6,992 nt of DNA from Octopus sinensis (Eukaryota), in assembly GCF_006345805.1 (NCBI RefSeq), contig NW_021829030.1, positions 1-6,992 of the forward strand. The letters run 5' to 3'. Position 1 is the first letter of the stretch. Every line of letters starts with the position of its first letter. Positions 1 through 6,992 of this stretch are shown here, one piece after another. A program made the position numbers and the translations under genes. Below the pieces are notes generated by a model that saw only the letters and a program-made list of their open reading frames with translations, did not search any database and had not been told where the DNA came from.

Positions 1-155
1 AAACAAAGGCAGAAAAAAGAGAAAGAAGAGGAAGACAAAGAGAGAAAGAAGCAAAGAAAGAAGAGGAAGAAGAAAAGGATAATGGAGTAGAAACGAAAGA
101 GAAGAAGAAGAGCAAGAAAAAGAAAACGAGAAGAGAAAGAGGACGAAGTGAAAAG
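1..155. repeat. Purine-rich (A/G) low-complexity tract
   Basis: Almost only A and G on the plus strand, with degenerate GAA/AGA units; runs off the left edge of the window. Confidence 0.8.
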
Positions 156-159
156 CATA

Positions 160-900
160 GTGATGTTATTTGAGGTAGTAAAAGTAGTTGTGGTGGTAGT
201 ATAACAGTAGTGGTAGTGTTGTGTAGTAGTAGTATTGGTCGTGGTTGTAGTATTAATAGTTATAGTAATATGGTAGTGGTGTTGTGGTGGTAGTGGTTGT
301 TGTAGTGGCCACAGTGTATTGGTAGTTGCAACGTAGTGGTGGCTATAGTATTGTTGCTGTAGTTGTGGTGTAATGCTGAGCATAATGTGGCGATGGTGGT
401 AGCGTAACGACGGTCGTAATGTTTTGGCGGCAGTAGTAAAATGGCTGCCATCGTGGCGATTCTAGTATAGCTGTGGCAGATGTGTAATAGTGGTTATAGG
501 GGGTCAGTGTTGGTGTTGTAGTTTCAGTTTTTCTCATAGCTACAGTGTACTGGGTTGTATGTATTGGTGTGATTGTTGTGGTGGTAGTTGTGTCAATGGT
601 TGTTTAGGTTGTAGTAGCAATGTGCAGCGTTGGTGATAGTGGAGTCCACAAGGTACGGTTGATGAGATGTTGGTGGCGGCTACAACGCCATTGTGTGGTT
701 TTGGTGGTAGTGCTGGCGGTGGCAATGTTGCTGTTGTTGTAGTGTATGTGGTAGTTGTAGTGTTTGGTGTTGGTGTGATTATTAAAGCTCGGTTGTGTGA
801 TGTTGGTGGTGGCGGGGGTCGAGTGGTGGCGCCGTCGCCGTTGGTGGTTATAGAAATCTTCGACAAAGCCAGAGACACGGTTAAGAGAGAGGTTGAGTTA
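160..900. repeat. Degenerate triplet low-complexity region (GTA/GTG/GTT/GGT)
   Basis: Strong G+T skew and triplet periodicity on the plus strand, e.g. gtagttgtggtggtagt, ggtggtagtggttgt. Confidence 0.75.
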
Positions 901-980
901 TAAATACAAGGATTGCTTGTCGCTTTGTATGTTCGGCTGTTTGAATCAATAGAAGGTTTCTGGACCATTTCCATTCCCAT
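540..980 (-). CDS. Possible terminal coding exon (Pro/Thr/Gln-rich, PPPALPPKP motif, ends ...IQPSTL*)
   Basis: 146-codon open frame. PPPALPPKP at 696-722, stop TAG at 540-542, candidate acceptor ccttctattgattcaaacAG with exon starting at 936. No recognisable domain. A second minus frame (897-607) is also open for 97 codons, so the lack of stops is partly compositional. Confidence 0.2.
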   Translation of the reverse strand: MGMEMVQKPSIDSNSRTYKATSNPCIYNSTSLLTVSLALSKISITTNGDGATTRPPPPPTSHNRALIITPTPNTTTTTYTTTTATLPPPALPPKPHNGVVAATNISSTVPCGLHYHQRCTLLLQPKQPLTQLPPQQSHQYIQPSTL

Positions 981-1069
981 TGCTAATTATTATTACATAA
1001 CCTACCACACGATCCTCAGCTGTCGCATCTCATTCAAAGAAACGTTGAGAGAATCACAGGGGATAGGAA

Positions 1070-1170
1070 CAGATAGACGGCGAGATACAGAGAGAGAGAC
1101 AGAGAGATGGGGAGAAAGAGAGTAAATGTGTAAGAGAGAGGGAGAGAAAGAGATAGCGAGGAAGATAAAT
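1070..1170. repeat. Degenerate (AG)n-rich tract
   Basis: Interrupted GAGA runs such as gagatacagagagagagacagagagatggggagaaagagag. Confidence 0.65.
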
Positions 1171-1230
1171 AAAGGAAGGTTGCGATACATAGATAAACTC
1201 AAGGGAGTTAGATGGGTTGATAAAGACAGC

Positions 1231-1235
<5 letters not shown>

Positions 1236-1326
<91 letters not shown>

Positions 1327-1592
1327 ATATATATATATATATTATATATATATATAGGAATGTATATGTATATATACACACACACATATATATATATACA
1401 TATATACACGTATATATATTTAATATATATGTCTGTACATATATATATATATATTATATATATATATATATATATCTATTATATATATATACATGTATAG
1501 TATATATATATGTATATGTATATCCATGTATGCGTTCATATATATATATATGTATATGTATATACATGTATATATTCATATACACACATATA
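1236..1592. repeat. (AT)n microsatellite with degenerate extension
   Basis: Pure AT alternation 1236-1312, then interrupted AT/TATG/CATA to about 1592. Explains the YI-rich ORF 1126-1500. Confidence 0.97.
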
Positions 1593-1648
1593 AAGCTCAT
1601 ATTCACAAGGTGAAGGAGAAATAGAGAAACTAGTGATAAAGATGAAAT

Positions 1649-1653
<5 letters not shown>

Positions 1654-1712
<59 letters not shown>

Positions 1713-1719
1713 AGAGAGA
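1654..1719. repeat. (AG)n microsatellite
   Basis: Pure AG alternation 1654-1708 plus a short extension. Confidence 0.97.
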
Positions 1720-1881
1720 TTGAGGTGGAGTGAGACAAAGAACCCGAGCTGTGTGTTGCAAAGAAAAGAAAACGGTGCTGTGTCTTGAATTGCCAGGCTC
1801 TTTGATTTTCTGAATCAGCAACGAGAATTTGGTCAATGGTTAAGGCAACGGATAAAAATATCCAATTGCAGTTTATCAAAT

Positions 1882-1884
<3 letters not shown>

Positions 1885-1946
<62 letters not shown>

Positions 1947-2166
1947 GCACGCACACACACACACACAGAGTCTCTTTGTGTGTGTCTCTCTCTTACACAC
2001 ACAATCTCCCCCTCTCTCTCTCACACACACACAGAGTCTCTTTGTGTGTCTCTCTCTCTCACACACAACCTCTGTCTGTCTCTCTCCTACACACACACAC
2101 GCACACACAGCTCTCTCTCTCACACACAAAGTCTCTTTGTCGAACACACACACACACATACACACA
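1885..2166. repeat. (AC)29 microsatellite followed by a compound CA/CT/GT repeat
   Basis: Pure AC 1885-1942, GCAC x3, then alternating CA, TC and TG blocks with a recurring A(G/A)AGTCTCTTTGT motif at 1967, 2033 and 2128. Confidence 0.95.
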
Positions 2167-2213
2167 AATAGTCAAACAAGGACCTGTATACATAGAAATG
2201 TAAATTTCAGTTC

Positions 2214-2540
2214 ATCTAAGAGAGATATCTAATCACTGAGTATGCACAACCATTCAACAGGTAATCGGTGCTATGACATTAAGTATTTGTTATACGAGCA
2301 AACAGAAATAATGGACGTGAAACAGTCAAAGGAACGAAGCGGGCGCTTTGTGTATCACTGAAAAAATAACTTCCGATTGGTCCGATGTTGGTGAAGTGAA
2401 AGAGGGGTCCTTAAATTACATACGAAAAGATATAAAGTAGACAGACTCACATGAAGCTGTGTAGATGAGTTTTATTTAATCTAAATGAGATAGTAATCAC
2501 TGAGAGTGTATAATGATTCAACAAGTAAGCGGTGCTATGA
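2214..2540. repeat. Dispersed direct repeat, two ~63-bp non-microsatellite copies (2214-2276 and 2479-2540)
   Basis: Hand alignment gives 51/63 identical positions, with shared blocks TAATCACTGAG, ATTCAACA and CGGTGCTATGA. Weaker similarity continues to ATGGAC at 2311 and 2571. Confidence 0.85.
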
Positions 2541-2696
2541 GTTTATGTGGACTCTACAAACGGGAAAAAAATGGACATAAAGAAACATAGGGAATATTTA
2601 TCAAAAGTTACCGCGTGGTACATATAGATATATCGATAAATATTCACTTTGTCAGCCGCTGTTGGACTAAAGAATGTGTCCGTCCGTTTTGCCACA

Positions 2697-2742
<46 letters not shown>

Positions 2743-2806
2743 TATACATACATATATATATATATATGTATATGCGTATGTATATCATATGTATATGTAT
2801 ATAATA

Positions 2807-2849
<43 letters not shown>

Positions 2850-2858
2850 ATATATAAT

Positions 2859-2902
<44 letters not shown>

Positions 2903-3079
2903 ACCCACACATACATACATATATATATATATATATTATGTATATGCGTATGTATATGCATATGTATATGTATATATATATATAATATATAATATAATAT
3001 TATAATATATATAATATATATATTATATAATATATATATATACATACGCATATACATACGCATATACATATATATTATA

Positions 3080-3116
<37 letters not shown>
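2697..3116. repeat. Complex (AT)n microsatellite with internal duplication and inversion
   Basis: AT alternation interrupted by TATGTATATGCGTATGTATAT at 2765 and 2937 and by its reverse complement at 3050-3070. Confidence 0.95.
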
Positions 3117-3119
<3 letters not shown>

Positions 3120-3344
3120 GGTTGGGCAAAAGTCACCCGACAGTAAATCAAAATTCTATAAATACTTAATATTCAATTTTACTTATTCATTCCAATTATG
3201 AAGGTTTGCAAGAAGGACTTCAGTTTGAACAATTTTCATGAGGTTTCATATTTAGATGCGTTTATTAAATTCGTTCAGTTGTTTAAATAAATCCTGGAAT
3301 TAAATGGTTTTGATTTACTGTCGGGTGACTTTTGACCAGCCCTG
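3117..3344. mobile_element. MITE of the Tc1/mariner superfamily, 228 bp
   Basis: Left TIR CAGGGTTGGGCAAAAGTCACCCGACAGTAAATCAAAA (3117-3153) matches the reverse complement of 3308-3344 at 35/37 positions. TA on both sides (3115-3116, 3345-3346). No internal transposase ORF. Confidence 0.92.
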
Positions 3345-3450
3345 TATATCTGTTGTCAACATCCGAAACAGAGGTAAGAATGAAGCAGTTACTTTATGCA
3401 TCACCGAATCAGTCTTAGACACATTGTGAAAAAATACCGTCAGAGTGCAT

Positions 3451-3772
3451 TGGTTCTCCGTCAGTTACAACGACAAGGGTTCCAGTTGTTCCGATCAACG
3501 GAACAGCTTCCTCATGAAATTAACGTGAAAGTGGCTGAGCGCTGCACAGACATGCGTAACCTTGACGTAATCCTCAAAGAGATTCAGCCTGATACAGAAT
3601 GTGATAAGGCTGGCCCTTTGAAATACAGGTACTCCTCATTTTTGCCAGCTGAGTGGACTGGAGCGACATGAAATAAAGTGTTTTGCTCAAGGACACAACG
3701 CGTCGCCGGGAATCGAACTCACAATCGTAAGATTGTGAGTCGAATACCGTAACCACCAAGCCACGCGCCTTC
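3451..3772 (-). mobile_element. tRNA-derived SINE with CORE-like central domain
   Basis: Minus strand starts GAAGGCGCGTGGCTTGGTGG. A box TGGCTTGGTGG (3753-3763), B box GAGTTCGATTCC (3709-3720), then TGTGTCCTTGAGCAAAACACTT, which resembles the CORE-SINE domain. The 3' boundary is approximate and no clear TSD was found. Explains ORFs 3396-3671 and 3574-3774. Confidence 0.85.
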
Positions 3773-3825
3773 AACTCAGAACATTCTACTGAAGGAATTG
3801 TAAGGTGAGATGCTTAAATACACAT

Positions 3826-4510
3826 CAGAGCTTTCCAAACTTTTTCGAGACCCTTAAGTGTGTCACCGATAATCTCGAGGTGTTTCGCGAAGTTGAGTCG
3901 AAACCTAATAAAAATTTATGACTATTTGTCTGTGAAGTATATTTGACATCTGACCCTGTGCAATTAGACACGTGACTACTGACAGGTGACATGATGTTTA
4001 ATTGCTTATTAGTTTCGTTAATTTCGTGTTTGGTAAAATGAGTAAGTATCCAATTATCGAAAGACAAAGCTATTAAAAATAACTGTGAAAATCAACAGAA
4101 TGTTGTGTGAACAAATAAAATTAGTAAAGAATCCTGCTTTGAAGGTTCTCTGTTAATGGTGGGAAAGAATTCTTCATGAAACCTAAATCTGGTTCATACA
4201 ATAAATATTATATCAGACGGGGTTTGTTTTTCTGCAAGTATAACACCTTAAATCAGATACAGGTGACAATGTTTGGTCTGTGGTGATGTACACGCAAATG
4301 AGAATATCGGACCAAATAAATTACGGTGCAATTTACCTTCAGACATTACCATTTGTCGGGAAAGCTGTTAGAAAATCGGAAGAAGCTATTAGAAAGGAGT
4401 TTTCGGAATTTATTTCAAAATAATCGCCAATATTTACCAAGTAATTGAAAATATGCGATAAAACTCAAGAGTTAGAAAATTACTATTTTAAAATCTCACA
4501 ACGAAAGATA
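3826..4510 (+). mobile_element. Decayed hAT (Buster/Charlie-type) DNA transposon: probable left TIR plus fossil transposase N-terminus
   Basis: TIR-like CAGAGCTTTCCAAACTTTTT (3826-3845). Peptide fragments in shifting frames: YNKYYIRRGLF (4197-4229), QCLVCGDVHANENIGPNKLRCNL (4267-4335), RHYHLSGKLLENRKK (4341-4385), DKTQELENYYFKISQ (4457-4501). These are collinear with the Buster/ZBED5/ZBED8-like BED-finger region as I recall it (Y..Y..YGF / QCV.CGEVLANESMKPSKLKRHLETKH / ...KA.EASY). Confidence 0.7.
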
Positions 4511-4751
4511 TTCAGCAACAGTGCTTTGGAGTAAAGATTGTTTGCCAACATAACATGGCAGTCCTGGTTTAGGACGAATGTTGCTGTTGCTGAATATGTC
4601 TCGTTGTAAGATTTAAAAATAGTAACTTTCTAATTCATGGATCAGTGACTAGTTGTCACTTTGAAAACTATATATTTCGAACGGGAATTTGGCAGCGCCA
4701 CCTCTAACCGAACAATTATTCTGTGCTGATGAAAGGAAATAACCCAAAAAT

Positions 4752-4886
4752 CTTTGCCTTTCATCCTTTCGAGGTCGATATATTAAGTACCAGTTATGCA
4801 CTGGGGTCGATATAATCGACTTAATCCGTTTGTCTGTCCTTGTTTGTCCTCTCTGTGTTTAACCCCTTGTGGGTAGTAAAGAAATA
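4752..4886 (+). mobile_element. SINE family 2, copy A (5'-truncated, body and tail only)
   Basis: About 88% identical by hand alignment to 4920-5052. Contains hairpin GTCGAT-ATA-ATCGAC (4806-4820) and ends AAAGAAATA. Confidence 0.85.
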
Positions 4887-5052
4887 GGTATTTCTGAGTT
4901 CAGATTCCGCCGAGGTCAACTTTGTCTTTCATTCTTTCGGGGTCGAGTAAATAAGTACCAGTTACGCACTGGGGTCGATATAATCGACTTAATCCGCTTG
5001 TCTGTCCTTGTCTGTCCTCTATGTTTAGCCCCTTGTGGGCAATAAAGAAATA
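4887..5052 (+). mobile_element. SINE family 2, copy B (retains B box, lacks A box)
   Basis: B-box-like GAGTTCAGATTCC (4896-4908) followed by the same body and tail as copy A. The head fragment is homologous to the minus-strand copy at 6884-6925. Confidence 0.85.
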
Positions 5053-5379
5053 AGGATGTTATTAGTTTGACTTCGATGACAAGTAAGAAATTAGAAGTTT
5101 CTTCGACGTTTCGAGTTTAAGCCTTTCTTGAAAAACGAAGAAGTCTGAGAGAAGGAAAATTGCGGAGGAAAGAAAGAAAAACAATGGGAATAACGCAGAA
5201 ATATGTATTGTTCTGTGCCAGGTTATGTTGAAAATGGTGGAGATCGAAATACTGGAAGTGATACAGAAGTAGAAGGTTTCTTACGTGCAAGAGTAACAAA
5301 GAAGGCAACTGTGTGTAAAGAATGGTGCGCATATTTGTATGTATGTGTGTGTCCGTGTGCTACGAAGATTTACTTATGA

Positions 5380-5403
5380 GTGTGTGTGTGTGTGTGTGTG
5401 TGT
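5380..5403. repeat. (GT)12 microsatellite
   Basis: Pure GT alternation. Confidence 0.95.
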
Positions 5404-5557
5404 TTAGAGGAAATAATTGTGAATCAACGAGCAAACTGAGTGTATATGTATAGGCGCTCAGATGCTAATTAAGGTAGATTGAAAGGGCAGATTAAGTGAG
5501 GAGTCAGGTATTGAAAATAATTAAATAAAAATACGATGTTTATGACTAGTATCACAG

Positions 5558-5588
5558 GTTAAGCAGCAGCAGCAACAGCAGCAGCAGC

Positions 5589-5619
<31 letters not shown>

Positions 5620-5997
5620 CAACAACAACAACAACAACAACACAAACGATATCAACTGCAACAGCAGCCGTTCAAGAATTTGGACCTGGAGATCTCCATT
5701 TCCAGCGACCTCGAGGGCCACCTCTCAGTGGTGTCGGGCGTCGACGAAGAGCCCTCGACTACAACAAGACGAACAAATTTTTTTTCCAAGGTCTGGGGTC
5801 TCCCGCCCCTAAGCCCTAGACCATCACCTAATCACCGTTACCCGTCTTATTGCTTAACAACAACAATAACAGCAGCAACACTGCTACCACGTTCAGCACT
5901 AAAACCAACACCCTCAACACCCCCACCACAAACGTCCCCAGCAGCAGCAGCAGCAACAACAACAACAACAACAACAACATTTATATATGATTATTGA
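5558..5997 (+). CDS. Possible terminal coding exon of a polyQ/low-complexity protein, with one apparent frameshift
   Basis: Candidate acceptor cacAG|G at 5557/5558 opens VKQQQ... in frame 2. After the CA interruption, frame 1 reads Q7HKRYQLQQQPFKNLDLEISISSDLEGHLSVVSGVDEEPS... to TGA at 5995-5997. The core looks GC- and CpG-richer than its flanks. No ATG, weak polypyrimidine tract, no recognised domain. Confidence 0.3.
5564..5643. repeat. Compound trinucleotide repeat (CAG)3 CAA (CAG)4 (CAA)10 CA (CAA)7 CAC
   Basis: Read directly; one unit is a base short at 5618-5619. Confidence 0.95.
5939..5979. repeat. Compound (CAG)5(CAA)8 repeat
   Basis: Read directly. Confidence 0.95.
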
Positions 5998-6149
5998 TCT
6001 CAATTTATGCAATTTATATTTGAGATTAATCTCTCCTAAATATAGATAGCTTTTCACGTGGCTTACCTTGGTTGGCAAGAAAATGGGAGAAAGTGATTCC
6101 ACTCTAAAAGCACTGATCTTCACCCAGGTCACAGGACCCCCCCATCCCA

Positions 6150-6343
6150 CTCCCTGTATATGGTCGCTAGATTTGTTAGAAATCGCAACCAAATATCCCT
6201 CAAAATCGCCTTACAGTCTTAAAGAGAAAGACAAGTGGCTAGTTCAAGACGTATATATATATATCTGAATAAAAGATGGATTATTACCGCTGCAATGACT
6301 TTGATCATAGGTCTGCTTGGAGATGATTAACATGGGTTTAAGC

Positions 6344-6398
<55 letters not shown>
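6150..6398 (+). mobile_element. Probable 3' portion of a retroposon ending in a (CAA)18 tail
   Basis: Unique-looking sequence ends abruptly in (CAA)18 at 6343-6398. Segments TAGAAATCGCAACCAAATATCCCTCAAA and TTTGATCATAGGTCTGCT resemble an abundant octopus interspersed repeat as I recall it. No Pol III boxes seen; the 5' boundary is uncertain. Confidence 0.45.
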
Positions 6399-6765
6399 GA
6401 GTAATAAGAATATCAATATATCTTTAGTGAATGTTATATTTGTGAGATATTATTGAAGCAGTCCAGGAAAGATGATCTGAAGAACAGATTAAAATTGGTT
6501 TCGCATAAACCACTTTCCCCTCTAAACAAAAATCAAAGTGCATCTATTTCCACATGCATTACAGTGTACAGACGATGTCTTTCATCAAACCCGGTGCCGT
6601 CTTCATGAATATAAACTCTGTGGCTTGCATCAAAGACTGGCCATTTTAATGTTTCCTAACTGCGTTCTTCGCAATAATATCTGTTAATTCTTCTCCGACA
6701 TTCAATGTTGCTACAGTTAAAAACAATATTTTTATTCTATACCAGTATAAATAAATAACTAACTA

Positions 6766-6969
6766 AATAATAATAGTAATGGTTTCAAATTATGGCACAA
6801 GGCCAGCAATTTTGGGATAGGTGATAAGACGGTTACATCGACCCAAAATAGTTAACTGTTACTTGTTTCATTGAGCCCCCCGCGGAATTTGAACTTCAGA
6901 ACGTAAAGACGGACGAAATGTCACTAAACATCTCGTCCAGCGTGCTAATGATTCTGCCAGCTCGCTGCC
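6766..6969 (-). mobile_element. SINE family 2, copy C (full head, internal deletion, alternative 3' tail)
   Basis: Minus strand starts GGCAGCGAGCTGGCAGAATCATTAG. A-box-like 6949-6959, B-box-like GAAGTTCAAATTCC 6884-6897. Body AAGTAACAGTT...GGGTCGATGTAACCGTCTTA matches copies A and B, then TTGCTGGCCTTGTGCCATAATTTGAAACC and an (ATT)n-like tail. Confidence 0.8.
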
Positions 6970-6970
6970 T

Positions 6971-6992
6971 TACTACTACTACTACTACTACT
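6971..6992. repeat. (TAC)7+ trinucleotide repeat, cut by the window edge
   Basis: Read directly; abuts the 5' end of SINE copy C. Confidence 0.9.

Noticed and set aside
260-537. Two short minus-strand ORFs (63 and 64 aa)
   Set aside because: Degenerate triplet sequence open in several frames, with no motif or splice support.
1126-2232. Tracked ORFs rich in YI, SL, TH and CV dipeptides
   Set aside because: They are translations of (AT)n, (AG)n and (AC)n microsatellites, which lack stops in some frames.
2543-3129. Five overlapping YI-rich ORFs
   Set aside because: Entirely explained by the AT microsatellite.
3396-3774. ORFs of 91 aa and 66 aa; possible tRNA gene
   Set aside because: Both ORFs lie within the SINE. 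The tRNA-like head has A and B boxes but no complete cloverleaf and runs into a SINE body.
4693-4703. CAGCGCCACCT, half of a CTCF-like motif
   Set aside because: Only the 3' half of the core matches; an 11-mer of this kind is not sufficient evidence.
4752-5052. Repeat pair with internal palindromes, superficially CRISPR-like
   Set aside because: The units are about 135 bp, there are no unique spacers of regular length and no cas genes, and the sequence is explained as SINE copies.
5130-5340. Purine-rich open frames with scattered cysteines (e.g. VTKKATVCKEWCAYL), vaguely like a piggyBac or LINE C-terminus
   Set aside because: Motif spacing is inconsistent between frames and no family could be assigned with confidence.
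6061-6070. Consensus splice donor AAG|GTAAGC on the minus strand (another, AG|GTAAGA, at 3372-3379 on plus)
   Set aside because: No convincing paired acceptor or coding frame; isolated donors are expected by chance in 7 kb.
5521-6192. Minus-strand poly-Cys/poly-Leu ORFs (5521-5721, 5914-6192)
   Set aside because: Antisense readings of the CAG/CAA repeats.
6575-6649. Plus-strand MSFIKPGAVFMNINS, resembling the KPGA..IN motif of 2-hydroxyacid dehydrogenases
   Set aside because: Only 24 codons, the following conserved RG is absent, and the frame ends in a stop with no donor.

Overview
Eukaryotic, AT-rich DNA dense in microsatellites and transposon relics, most likely intronic or intergenic. 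It is probably octopus/cephalopod, inferred from my recollection of octopus SINE families and not from a search. No intact protein-coding gene, RNA gene or CRISPR array is supported, and nearly all tracked ORFs are by-products of simple repeats or SINE sequence. Best-supported elements: a complete 228-bp Tc1/mariner-type MITE (37-bp TIRs, TA duplication, 3117-3344); a tRNA-derived CORE-like SINE (3451-3772, minus); three copies of a second SINE family (head-to-tail pair 4752-5052, plus; one copy 6766-6969, minus, with a different 3' tail); and a frameshifted fossil of a hAT (Buster/Charlie-type) transposase N-terminus with a probable left TIR (3826-4510) that the ORF track misses. Two low-complexity stretches (540-980 minus; 5558-5997 plus) could be terminal coding exons but are unproven. 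I found no convincing new biological system; the findings are transposon archaeology, repeat-evolution signatures and candidate exons.
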